A DNA stretch of 35,402 nucleotides from Nemertoderma westbladi (GCA_032718475.1 JAUCBJ010005343.1:1-35402); one strand, 5' to 3'. Positions 22,780-35,402 are shown, numbered from the stretch's first letter. The notes: generated from the letters alone by a model not told the origin. Program-made: numbers and translations.

Positions 22780-25113
22780 AGATCGATGAAACACTTATTC
22801 TAAATACTTTAAAAGTCTCCGCAGATCATCACAGCTACCCCCAGTTTTGCATTACAGAAATCACATTGCCTCTACGGAAATTGAACAAGCTGAGCTTTTT
22901 AATGAATTTTTCCAATCTGTCTTTAAAACACCTCGACTACCTACTAGCAAGGTCTCCCCTCCAATTGATATTGTTGATCCCCCAAACTTCGCAACGTCCA
23001 GCAACTATGATGTTTCCGGTAGAGACCGTGGAGAATATTCTGTCCGCTCTTGATGTTACTAAATCCCGTGGACCAGATAATATCCCGCCTGGGTTTCTTA
23101 AATCGTTAGCGAAAGTCCTTGCACCTTCTTTGTCTACAATATTTAAAATACTGAAAAAAGTCAACTATTTTCCGATTGTGTGGAAACATGCGTTAGTAAA
23201 TCCCCAACATAAAAATGGGAGTAAAATGAAAATAATTTTGTACCGCCCGATTTCACTTCTCGCAATCCCAGGGAAAGTATTCCAACGGTGTATATTCATT
23301 GCGGTATATGAACAGGTGAGGGGGCGACTACACAACGCCTAACATGGCTTTAGAAAATGTAGATCAACAATCACACAACTTCTTATTTTTTTGGATAATG
23401 TATACAAAGGTATGGATGATGGACAGTTGGCGGTGGAGACATTTTACTTAGATTTTCAAAAAGCATTTGACTCAGTTAGCCACGAATCCCTACTTAAAAA
23501 GTTATGGAGAATAGGAGTACGAGGAAATCTTTGGTATATTATTCGTAGTTATTTGTTTTGAAGAACACAATCTGTAAGGGTATAGGTAAGGCGACATCCA
23601 CCGCTAGAGACGTAGCTAGTGGCATGGCACAGGGATCCCTCTTGGGACCCCTCCCCTGCTTTTCCTCATCGAGGATAACGACCTCCCAGAAGTCTGTGGT
23701 GTCAGCATCCCTTATCTTCTCGCAGATGACTGTAAATTAATGTCAATATCACCGATAAACACCCAACTCGATAGTGATCAACTTGTTACAAGGGGTCTGG
23801 AAGCCGGGTTAGAATTCAATAAGTCGTGTAAGCAGATAGTATTTCATGGGGATTGATAAAGAAAAAGATTTGGGAATAACAATTTCGTCTAATTTGTCCT
23901 GGACGGCGCATATAAAGGAGAAATGTAAAAAGGGAAATAATGTATTTCAATTAATCCGAAGAAACTGTGCAGCAACACTTCCTATTCTGGCAAAGTTGAA
24001 TTTGTATAAATCCATGGTGTTACCCATAATTCTATATGGGTCGGCCTGCTGGTATCCAAACAAAACTGATTCCCACCTGGTAGAAATCATCCAACGCAGA
24101 AGTACAATTTGGATATTAGGCAGTGATGAGTTATACATACAAAGAAAGACTATTAAAACTAAATGTACTCCTAATATCTTTATACCTCCAATTATGTGAC
24201 TTTCTAACAATATCAAAAGTAATAAATATGACATCGACTGGACGCAGCACATCAAAATAAAGACGCACAATCGGGACAGGAATACTCGTAGTACAAATCA
24301 CCTTACATTCGATATATCGCAACCACGGAAATGCATTTCGAAGCAAAATTTTTGGTATCGTGCGCCGCTTCTAGCTAATAAGTTTCCATCGCCAACTGAA
24401 TTTTTTAACCATATTATTACTATTCTGGCGACACTTCCATAAACGATATGACGTAGATATAAATTGTACATGGAGATTAAACTGTGATTGTGTCCAAATG
24501 AATTGTAATTTGTGTCTCCCGAATCTTGATGACCTACTCAACCCATAATCATAACGCCTATAACTTAGACCTACATATATTTATTGCCCTATTATTGATT
24601 GTTATTTTATGTAATTCATTAATCATTTTAAGTAAATACTGTACAGTACATAATTTTAATGCAATCGTTTTACTTAGAAACTGTTTGTTATTATTATGAA
24701 TTTTACTGTATAGCTAAGCCATTTTAAATACAAGCACGTTGTCACAATTTTATTGTATTGTTCTGTTATTTTTATGAAATTTTATTGAATTGGCCTACTG
24801 TACGTGTAATATTACTTAATTTTATTGCATAGCCAATACACTTTACTGTATGATTTATACAATGAGATATTGCATGACCTTTTATTTGTTTAACATTTTC
24901 AGTAAATAGTTTACATAAATAATGTAAGCTATTCTAGACATGTGTTGTACCGGTATTGTACAATATAAACTATTACAATCTTAATATATAGGGCCTGTTG
25001 TATAAATACAATACTGTAAGATAATATTTTAGATAAATTTGTGCGTTGTAAACTCACTAGAGGGCGACCCCGTCACGTTACCGTGTAAATCCATTTTAAT
25101 AATAATAATAATA
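22780..25113 (+). mobile_element. Decayed 5'-truncated CR1-group LINE (RT pseudogene, long 3' UTR, (AAT)n tail)
   Basis: Frameshifted and stop-interrupted motifs AELFNEFFQSVF, KSRGPDNIP, YRPISLL, HGFRKCRST, YLDFQKAFDSV, QGSLLGP, LADDCKL, EKDLGITISSNLSW and LYKSMVLPIILYG. (AAT)n lies at ~25098-25113. Confidence 0.9.
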
Positions 25114-25364
25114 ACATCTGATATCCTCATGAATTTATTCGCTTTCTACCACACAATCTCATTGTATTAATTCATTCATTCCCATTGTTTTCCATTTCTA
25201 TTTGAATATAAATTCGAATTGATAATCTCTATTGAAGCGAAATATTGTTTAAATTATAAATAATTAAAAAATCTAATTCAAATATCGGCAACCCAGTAAA
25301 GTCGGGAGTTCATCTTCATTTATTTTCACTTTATTAATAACTTTATTACTCAATATGTATTTAG

Positions 25365-25522
25365 GGTCCGATTTGGTTCAGTGGATGATGAAGAACCTCA
25401 CCATAGATGATCTGGCGGAGGCAGTCAACCTCGCCTCTTTAATAGCCTCTTACGGTTATCTCTTCCCCATAGACGATCACAATCTTGCCGTGAAGCCAGA
25501 CGGGACCTTCTATAGATTTCAG
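25365..25522 (+). CDS. RGS7: R7-family RGS exon 3 (DEP domain; missed by the ORF track)
   Basis: Acceptor TATTTAG, then (G)[52 protein letters not shown], then donor GTTTGT (158 nt, phase 1 to 0). Confidence 0.96.
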
Positions 25523-26174
25523 GTTTGTTGCTAAAACAGACAGAAATTTGAGTGGCTTTCAGGATTGTTAGTAAAACAGATGTTTCAAACAAAAATTTCA
25601 TACATAAATGGTCGGCCGAACTATGATGGTGCAATGCTGGAAATCCAGAAACATAAGCACCCCAACACCAACAGTGAGGTGCAACATAATTATTGTAGAA
25701 CACCTCATAACATTAGGCATATCGAACATTGTGGTGCAACTAGCGCTACATTCCTGGAGAGGTTTCAATTCTGATTAACATACAGAATTGATTTGTTTCA
25801 AAGTTGATTATTCAAGTCCACTCGCACCCATGTACAGAAGGTAACTCGATATGCCTATGGCAAATACTTCATCAGCATCTTCTAAGAAGTAGAGCAAAAC
25901 GCTAGACCAGAGACAGAATGTTACATGGTTGTAGTTGACATTAGTTTTTCGCCAAAAAGATCGTCAAAATGTACTAAAAAATGTCATTACCTAATACCTA
26001 ATGTTATATTCTAAATCGCCTTGCACCGAATTATCAATTCCGTGTGACAAAAAAACATTCACATTTCCTTCATTAACTCAATTGTAGACACATGATAAAC
26101 AATTCATGCCAAATTCGCAATTCTAATCCACCAACTATTGTTTTATGTTGAAAAATTACTTATTTTTATTTCAG

Positions 26175-26368
26175 ACTCCCTATTTTTGGCCCTCTAAGTG
26201 CTGGGAACCAGAGAACACAGACTATGCAGTTTACCTGTGTAAACGAACTATGCTTAATAAGAACCGTCTGGAACTCACTGACTACGAAGCAGAAAATCTC
26301 GCCAGGTTACAGAAAATGTTCTCTCGAAATTGGGAGTATATATTTATGCAAGCGGAAAGTCAAGCCAA
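26175..26368 (+). CDS. RGS7: R7-family RGS exon 4 (DEP end / DHEX)
   Basis: Acceptor TTTCAG, then [65 protein letters not shown], then donor GTAAGT (194 nt, phase 0 to 2). The next exon was not found in the window. Confidence 0.97.
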
Positions 26369-26529
26369 GTAAGTTTCTTAATTATTAGTAATAATAATTT
26401 ATGGTTTTTTTAATTATATTTTAATATTGGCATCAAATTCGCATCTAATTAAATAATATCGATGTTTATAAATCCCGCCTAAAATATCTGGCTAATCTAC
26501 TTGGAGATTTGTTTGGCCTACCCCTACAG

Positions 26530-29500
26530 GTTGGTGTGTTTAGGGAACCATGTTGGTGGGTTTAGGGAACCATATTGGTGGGTTTAGGGAACCATGTTGG
26601 TGGGTTTAGGGAACCATGTTGGTGGGTTTAGGTAACCATGTTGGTGGGTTTAGGGAACCATGTTGGTGGGTTTAGGGAACCATGTTGGTGGGTTTAGGGA
26701 ACCATGTTGGTGGGTTTAGGGAACCATGTTGGTGGGTTTAGGGAACCATGTTGGTGAGTTTAGGGAACCATGTTGGTGGGTTTAGGTAACCATGTTGGTG
26801 GGTTTAGGGAACCATGTTGGTGGGTTTAGGGAACCATGTTGGTGGGTTTAGGGAACCATGTTGGTGGGTTAGGGAACCATGTTGGTGGGTTTAGGGAACC
26901 ATGTTGGTGGGTTTAGGGAACCATGTTGGTGGGTTTAGGGAACCATGTTGGTGGGTTTAGGGAACCATGTTGGTGGGTTTAGGGAACCATGTTGGTGGGT
27001 TTAGGGAACCATGTTGGTGGGTTTAGGTAACCATGTTGGTGGGTTTAGGTAACCATGTTGGTGGGTTTAGGTAACCATGTTGGTGGGTTTAGGGAACCAT
27101 GTTGGTGGGTTTAGGGAACCATGTTGGTGGGTTTAGGGAACCATGTTGGTGGGTTTAGGGAACCATGTTGGTGGGTTTAGGGAACCATTTTGGTGGGTTT
27201 AGGGAACAATGTTGGTGGGTTTAGGTAACCATGTTGGTGGGTTTAGGTAACCATGTTGGTGGGTTTAGGGAACCATGTTGGTGGGTTTAGGGAACCATGT
27301 TGGTGGGTTTAGGTAACCATGTTGGTGGGTTTAGGTAACCATGTTGGTGGGTTTAGGTAACCATGTTGGTGGGTTTAGGGAACCATGTTGGTGGGTTTAG
27401 GGAACCATGTTGGTGGGTTTAGGGAACCATGTTGGTGGGTTTAGGGAACCATGTTGGTGGGTTTAGGGAACCATGTTGGTGGGTTTAGGGAACCATTTTG
27501 GTGGGTTTAGGGAACAATGTTGGTGGGTTTAAGTAACCATGTTGGTGGGTTTAGGGAACCATGTTGGTGGGTTTAGGTAACCATAACCATGTTGGTGGGT
27601 TTAGGGAACCATGTTGGTGGGTTTAGGGAACCATGTTGGTGGGTTTAGGTAACCATGTTGGTGGGTTTAGGGAACCATGTTGGTGGGTTTAGGGAACCAT
27701 GTTGGTGGGTTTAGGGAACCATGTTGGTGGGTTAGGGAACCATGTTGGTGGGTTTAGGGAACCATGTTGGTGGGTTTAGGGAACCATGTTGGTGGGTTTA
27801 GGGAACCATGTTGGTGGGTTTAGGGAACCATGTTGGTGAGTTTAGGGAACCATGTTGGTGGGTTTAGGTAACCATGTTGGTGGGTTTAGGGAACCATGTT
27901 GGTGGGTTTAGGGAACCATGTTGGTGGGTTTAGGGAACCATGTTGGTGGGTTAGGGAACCATGTTGGTGGGTTTAGGGAACCATGTTGGTGGGTTTAGGG
28001 AACCATGTTGGTGGGTTTAGGGAACCATGTTGGTGGGTTTAGGTAACCATGTTGGTGGGTTTAGGGAACCATGTTGGTGGGTTTAGGGAACCATGTTGGT
28101 GGGTTTAGGTAACCATGTTGGTGGGTTTAGGTAACCATGTTGGTGGGTTTAGGTAACCATGTTGGTGGGTTTAGGGAACCATGTTGGTGGGTTTAGGGAA
28201 CCATGTTGGTGGGTTTAGGGAACCATGTTGGTGGGTTTAGGGAACCATGTTGGTGGGTTTAGGGAACCATTTTGGTGGGTTTAGGGAACAATGTTGGTGG
28301 GTTTAGGTAACCATGTTGGTGGGTTTAGGTAACCATGTTGGTGGGTTTAGGGAACCATGTTGGTGGGTTTAGGGAACCATGTTGGTGGGTTTAGGTAACC
28401 ATGTTGGTGGGTTTAGGTAACCATGTTGGTGGGTTTAGGTAACCATGTTGGTGGGTTTAGGGAACCATGTTGGTGGGTTTAGGGAACCATGTTGGTGGGT
28501 TTAGGGAACCATGTTGGTGGGTTTAGGGAACCATGTTGGTGGGTTTAGGGAACCATGTTGGTGGGTTTAGGGAACCATTTTGGTGGGTTTAGGGAACAAT
28601 GTTGGTGGGTTTAAGTAACCATGTTGGTGGGTTTAGGGAACCATGTTGGTGGGTTTAGGTAACCATAACCATGTTGGTGGGTTTAGGGAACCATGTTGGT
28701 GGGTTTAGGGAACCATGTTGGTGGGTTTAGGTAACCATGTTGGTGGGTTTAGGGAACCATGTTGGTGGGTTTACGGAACCATGTTGGTGGGTTTAGGGAA
28801 CCATGTTGGTGGGTTTAGGGAACCATGTTATTGGGTTTAGGTAACCATGTTGGTGGGTTTAGGGAACCATGTTGGTGGGTTTAGGGAACCATGTTGGTGG
28901 GTTTAGGTAACCATGTTGGTGGGTTTAGGGAACCATGTTGGTGGGTTTAGGGAACCATGTTGGTGGGTTTAGGGAACCATGTTGGTGGGTTTAGGGAACC
29001 ATGTTGGTGGGTTTAGGTAACCATGTTGGTGGGTTTAGGGAACCATGTTGGTGGGTTTAGGGAACCATTTTGGTGGGTTTAGGTAACCATGTTGGTGGGT
29101 TTAGGTAACCATGTTGGTGGGTTTAGGGAACCATGTTGGTGGGTTTAGGGAACCATGTTGGTGGGTTTAGGGAACCATGTTGGTGGGTTTAGGGAACCAT
29201 GTTGGTGGGTTTAAGGAACCATGTTGGTGGGTTTAGGTAACCATGTTGGTGGGTTTAGGGAACCATGTTGGTGGGTTTAGGGAACCATGTTGGTGGGTTT
29301 AGGTAACCATGTTGGTGGGTTTAGGTAACCATGTTGGTGGGTTTAGGGAACCATGTTGGTGGGTTTAGGGAACAATGTTGGTGGGTTTAAGTAACCATGT
29401 TGGTGGGTTTAGGGAACCATGTTGGTGGGTTTAGGTAACCATAACCATGTTGGTGGGTTTAGGTAACCATGTTGGTGGGTTTAGGGAACCATGTTGGTGG

Positions 29501-31863
29501 GTTTAGGGAACAATGTTGGTGGGTTTAAGTAACCATGTTGGTGGGTTTAGGGAACCATGTTGGTGGGTTTAGGTAACCATAACCATGTTGGTGGGTTTAG
29601 GGAACCATGTTGGTGGGTTTAGGTAACCATGTTGGTGGGTTTAGGGAACCATGTTGGTGGGTTTAGGGAACCATGTTGTTGGTGGGTTTAGGGATCCATG
29701 TTGGTGGGTTTAGGGATCCATGTTTGTGGGTTTAGGTAACCATGTTGGTGGGTTTAGGGAACCATGTTGGTGGGTTTAGGGAACCATGTTGGTGGGTTTA
29801 GGGATCCATGTTTGTGGGTTTAGGTAACCATGTTGGTGGGTTTAGGGAACCATGTTGGTGGGTTTAGGGAACCATGTTGGTGGGTTTAGGGAACCATGTT
29901 GGTGGGTTTAGGGATCCATGTTTGTGGGTTTAGGTAACCATGTTGGTGGGTTTAGGGAACCATGTTGGTGGGTTTAGGTAACCATGTTGGTGGGTTTAGG
30001 TAACCATGTTGGTGGGTTTAGGGAACCATGTTGGTGGGTTTAGGGAACCATGTTGGTGGGTTTAGGGATCCATGTTGGTGGGTTTAGGGATCCATGTTTG
30101 TGGGTTTAGGTAACCATGTTGGTGGGTTTAGGGAACCATGTTGGTGGGTTTAGGTAACCATGTTGGTGGGTTTAGGTAACCATGTTGGTGGGTTTTTGGG
30201 AACCATGTTTGTGGGTTTAGGGAACCATGTTGGTGGGTTTAGGGAACCATGTTGGTGGGTTTAAGTAACCATGTTGGTGGGTTTAGGGAACCATGTTGGT
30301 GGGTTTAGGGAACCATGTTGGTGGGTTTAGGGATCCATGTTGGTGGGTTTAGGGATCCATGTTTGTGGGTTTAGGTAACCATGTTGGTGGGTTTAGGGAA
30401 CCATGTTGGTGGGTTTAGGTAACCATGTCGGTGGGTTTAGGTAACCATGTTGGTGGGTTTTTGGGAACCATGTTGGTGGGTTTAGGGAACCATGTTGGTG
30501 GGTTTAGGGAACCATGTTGGTGGGTTTAGGGAACCATGTTGGTGGGTTTAGGGAACCATGTTGGTGGGTTTAGGGAACCATGTTGGTGGGTTTAGGGAAC
30601 CATGTTGGTGGGTTTAGGAAACCATGTTGGTGGGTTTAGGGAACCATGTTGGTGGGTTTAGGGAACCATGTTGATGGGTTTAGGGAACCATGTTGGTGGG
30701 TTTATGTAACCATGTTGGTGGGTTTAGGGAACCATGTTGGTGGGTTTATGTAACTATGTTGGTGGGTTTAGGGAACCATGTTGGTGGGTTTAAGTAACCA
30801 TGTTGGTGGGTTTAGGGAACCATGTTGGTGGGTTTAGGGAACCATGTTGGTGGGTTTAGGGAACCATGTTGGTGGGTTTAGGGAACCATGTTGGTGGGTT
30901 TAGGGAACCATGTTGGTGGGTTTAGGGAACCATGTTGGTGGGTTTTGGGAACCATGTTGGTGGGTGTAGGGAACCATGTTGGTGGGTTTAGGGAACCATG
31001 TTGGTGGGTTTAGGGAACATGTTGGTGGGTTTAGGGAACCATGTTGGTGGGTTTAGGGAACCATGTTGGTGGGTTTAGGGAACCATATTGGTGGGTTTAG
31101 GGAACCATGTTGGTGGGTTTAGGGAACCATGTTGGTGAGTTTAGGGAACCATGTTGGTGGATTTAGGTAACCATGTTGGTGGGTTTAGGGAACCATGTTG
31201 GTGGGTTTAGGGAACCATGTTGGTGGGTTTAGGGAACCATGTTGGTGGGTTTAGGGAACCATGTTGGTGGGTTTAGGGAACCATGTTGGTGGGTTTAGGG
31301 AACCATGTTGGTGGGTTTAGGGAACCATGTTGGTGGGTTTAGGGAACCATGTTGGTGGGTTTAGGGAACCATGTTGGTGTGTTTAGGTAACCATGTTGGT
31401 GTGTTTAGGTAACCATGTTGGTGGGTTTAGGTAACCATGTTGGTGGGTTTAGGTAACCATGTTGGTGGGTTTAGGGAACCATGTTGGTGGGTTTAGGGAA
31501 CCATGTTGGTGGGTTTAGGGAACCATGTTGGTGGGTTTAGGGAACCATGTTGGTGGGTTTAGGGAACCATGTTGGTGGGTTTAGGGAACCATGTTGGTGG
31601 GTTTAGGGAACCCTGTTGGTGGATTTAGGTAACCATGTTGGTGGATTTAGGTAACCATGTTGGTGGGTTTAGGGAACCATGTTGGTGGGTTTAGGGAACC
31701 ATGTTGGTGGGTTTAGGGAACCATGTTGGTGGGTTTAGGTAACCATGTTGGTGGGTTTAGGGAACCATGTTGATGGGTTTAGGGAACCATGTTGATGGGT
31801 TTAGGGAACCATGTTGGTGGGTTTAGGGAACCATGTTGATGGGTTTAGGGAACCATGTTGGTG
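26530..31863 (+). repeat. 22-bp G-rich intronic satellite, about 240 copies
   Basis: Unit GGGAACCATGTTGGTGGGTTTA, with variants GGTAACC and GGGATCC. Confidence 0.98.
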
Positions 31864-31962
31864 ACATTGTGGAGTGAATGTTTCAATGTCTAATCCCCCG
31901 TTAAGGCGGTTCGTCTGATTCTATCTCACATAAATTAGAATTTAATATCGCTGGAATATTTA

Positions 31963-33053
31963 TTCGCAGTTACTACTATACTAGGTCGAGCGAACTCGGG
32001 CAACCGATTATCGCAGTTACTACTATACTAGGTCGAGCGAACTCGGGCAACCGATTATCGCAGTTACTACTATACTAGGTCGAGCGAACTCGGGCAACCG
32101 ATTATCGCAGTTACTACTATACTAGGTCGAGCGAACTCTGGCAACCGATTATCGCAGTTACTACTATACTAGGTCGAGCGAACTCGGGCAACCGATTATC
32201 GCAGTTACTACTATACTAGGTCGAGCGAACTCGGGCAACCGATTATCGCAGTTACTACTATACTGGGTCGAGCGAACTCGGGCAACCGATTATCGCAGTT
32301 ACTACTATACTGGGTCGAGCGAACTCGGGCAACCGATTTCGCATAGTTACTACTATACTAGGTCGAGCGAACTCGGGCAACCGATTATCGCAGTTACTAC
32401 TATACTAGGTCGAGCGAACTCGGGCAACCGATTATCGCAGTTACTACTATACTAGGTCGAGCGAACTCGGGCAACCGATTATCGCAGTTACTACTATACT
32501 AGGTCGAGCGAACTCGGGCAACCGATTATCGCAGTTACTACTATACTAGGTCGTGCGAACTCGGGCAACCGATTATCGCAGTTACTACTATACTAGGTCG
32601 AGCGAACTCGGGCAACCGATTATCGCAGTTACTACTATACTAGGTCGTGCGAACTCGGGCAACCGATTATCGCAGTTACTACTATACTAGGTCGAGCGAA
32701 CTCTGGCAACCGATTATCGCAGTTACTACTATACTGGGTCGAGCGAACTCGGGCAACCGATTATCGCAGTTACTACTATACTGGGTCGAGCGAACTCGGG
32801 CAACCGATTATCGCAGTTACTACTATACTGGGTCGAGCGAACTCGGGCAACCGATTTCGCATAGTTACTACTATACTAGGTCGAGCGAACTCGGGCAACC
32901 GATTATCGCAGTTACTACTATACTAGGTCGTGCGAACTCGGGCAACCGATTATCGCAGTTACTACTATACTAGGTCGAGCGAACTCGGGCAACCGATTTC
33001 GCAGTTACTACTATACTGGGTCGAGCGAACTCGGGCAACCGATTTCGCAGTTA
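31963..33053 (-). repeat. 47-bp minisatellite, about 23 copies, derived from an RTE LINE 3' end
   Basis: Unit TCGCAGTTACTACTATACTAGGTCGAGCGAACTCGGGCAACCGATTA starts at 31964, 32011, 32058 and so on. Its reverse complement contains GAGTTCGCTCGACCTAGTA, identical to 7500-7518. Confidence 0.95.
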
Positions 33054-34400
33054 AGTCACTACATATTTTACACTAAATCTGTAATTTCCCGGGGGTTGAC
33101 CAACATTGCTTGATATGTAATTGCATTCATTTTGGAGAAGATCCCCTTATTTTTGGCACGAGATTAAACTAGCATCCCGTTGAAAGTAAACTCCCACGCT
33201 CACACTTAACCCCACTCCGTTATCCCAAATTGGTACTTGTTTGAGGCAGGAATTCTCCCAAGATACTACTGGCTTGCCTCTTCCCGTTAATTGCGCCAGC
33301 TTCTATTATCAGTGCGTTTAGGTAAAGTTGTCCTAGGTGCGAGGGGGCTGTCACACGGCGAGATACACGGCTGGCCACCTACACAACCCCCAGTACCGCG
33401 CGGCGCCCCCGGCTTAGAAACAATTGTAATTACACCGCTTCTACAGAGCTGCTTGTTAGCAAGGGTCCCAATTCGCGCCGTCCGATAGCAGTAATGAGAT
33501 TTACCCTTTTGCCGGTTTGCCCTATGAGCGGCGAGGCTCAGCCCAGGATCCACGACGCACCGTATAACACGTCCTACCCCTCATTTAGTAAATGGAATTT
33601 CTAGCCGACTTGAAGGATAATACCATCTTATTTGGTGGCCTGGCAATCGTTTCCGTATCTCTGTCACCGGTCATCTCCACAATATTACATTATTTATTTA
33701 ATCAATGGCCTGGCGCCTTGTTGTATACGCGGGTGGTTGACTTCAGTTGCCCCTGGTTACCACTTAATCCCGCCCGCGGTGACAATCGATCTATCTTGGT
33801 GTAGGGAACTACGCTACTTCTATGTGTATATGTGATGCTACTGAGGAACTATTATTATTGATGTTGATATAATTATGATTTTATTTGCCTTTATAACACT
33901 TCTGTCTGTCAAGACAATATGGGAACCTCGAGTTATTTTGCAGTTAAAAACCTGATATACGATACCTGTATTCCAATCCCTCTAGGAAATCGCTAACAAT
34001 CACATGTCTGGTAAAAATCGAGTTTGTAAGTTTCTCTAATAATATGTGGGAAATATAAAATGTATGCGAATAATGTATTTAGTCCCAAATAGGTCTTTAT
34101 TTCCATATGTAACTTGGTGCGTCTTCATTGAAAATTTATTAGAAAATAACTAACGCAGATTTTGGATGAAAGAATGGGCCAATGCTAAGTATACCAGACT
34201 TTCTGCTGTTGATATTTCACTTTGCAGTTTACCCCCTTGTGAATAATACCAGGTTTTCTCTAAAAACCCAGGTTAAACAAGGGCTGAATATAGCCAAAAC
34301 AATAAACGAATTAGTATTTATTTGGACAGGTTTAAAGATTGAATTGAGCAAAACACTCAATAAGGAGAAATTAAGAAAATACAAATTCTTCAGTAGGCCG

Positions 34401-34463
34401 TTAGGGGTCGTCCATAAAGGACGTCCGAGTAAATCCCAGAGTTTGAAGACCCCCCCCCCCCCC
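34401..34463 (+). mobile_element. Solo terminus of a GGGG-ended MITE (TWA-target type)
   Basis: TTA-GGGGTCGTCCATAAAGGACGTCC...GACCCCCC resembles common invertebrate MITE ends. The partner end was not seen. Confidence 0.4.
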
Positions 34464-35402
34464 AGGGTTTTTTTTATATGTTTGTGAAATTTATAAATTA
34501 AAATAGTGATTTCTACATTTTTTAAACTTGTTTAGAAATATTTCTAAAACTAAAAATTGAAAATAACAAATTTTAAATTAAAATATTGCTTTACAGAGTT
34601 TTAAATAGAATCATCTGTAAATCAGAATTTAACTTTCAGATATTAGCCAAATTTAATTTTTGTTTGTTCATCCAACAATATCGAACCCTCAAATCTCTAC
34701 ATCTGATTCATCTCCTTTAGTTTAATTTGTACCAACTCTTATAATATCAAATACACTCATATTTGTGGTATCGTTTCTACGTAGATTAACACAGTCTGTA
34801 TACAATCATCACAGTGACTGTTTCATTGACATTCCCGTAATTTAAAATCATTTTAGAGCACTTTTCAAGGAAACATACGAAAAATAATGGCAGGGTTAGA
34901 TTATTTACAGTTAACTGAGTGTGAGTCGGTCATAGTAGAAAGGCACCAAGAGCAACCGGGTGGTAATCCTACCGGGGACTAGAGGCATTTAACACGGCCT
35001 GCCCTGGGTGAATGAAAACGGCTAGCTTGGAATTTAATAAAAATGCATTGGCATGCCCGTAAATAATGAAGACCTGGTGTTTTTTTTATTTAGAAAGCCG
35101 ATAAGTTCTATATTTATGCCTTTCGAAGAGTTTCTTATTGGTTACGGTAACAATTAATTATGACTGTATGATAATCTGCCAACAGAATGCTGAAGTAGAA
35201 GAGTTAATTTAGCATCGTGATCATCACTTGAATCAAATTTCCCTACAGTTCTTTATGTAAAGAATTACTTTCAGTTCTCCAGTTTTTCAATGCATTTAAC
35301 ACAATATCATATATTTTTCGTTGTCCTTTCTTTCTACTGTGACCATCACAGAGGTGGAGTATTCCTTCCCAATAAATGGCTTCTTTAGTTTACCACAGCT
35401 GT

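Noticed and set aside
26530-31863. True telomere or interstitial telomeric array
   Set aside because: TTTAGGG is embedded in a 22-bp unit rather than pure tandem, and the array is flanked by ordinary intron on both sides.
31963-33053. CRISPR-like array or ORF 32647-32973
   Set aside because: The units are head-to-tail with no unique spacers, there are no cas genes, and the context is a eukaryotic intron.
33054-35402. Next RGS exon (phase 2, VDKKRDK-like)
   Set aside because: No acceptor followed by a matching peptide was found; it presumably lies beyond the window.

Overview
AT-rich, intron-rich animal genomic DNA; the repeat style suggests a marine invertebrate, possibly an echinoderm, which is inference only. 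The one supportable host gene is the 5' part of an R7-family regulator of G-protein signalling (RGS6/RGS7/EGL-10-like) on the + strand. It has four GT-AG coding exons (13997-14107, 21695-21791, 25365-25522, 26175-26368) encoding the DEP and DHEX region, and it continues beyond the window. The rest is mostly mobile and repetitive DNA. At 4154-11023 there is a multi-layer nest: a CAGTAGGG-ended TIR element with a 5-bp TSD, a 52-bp tandem array inside it, a second CAGTAGGG-ended element with ~430-bp TIRs and a 5-bp TSD, a TTG-rich repeat, and a truncated RTE LINE. The window also holds several MITEs with 6-, 7- and 8-bp TSDs, two tRNA-derived SINEs, a decayed CR1-like LINE, and a 5.3-kb 22-bp G-rich satellite with a 1082-bp higher-order duplication. 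The two most notable observations are a 47-bp minisatellite whose unit is the antisense 3' tail of the RTE family plus its TSD, and pervasive TA-GGCC-TA / TA-CCGG-TA micro-insertions that look like transposon excision footprints.
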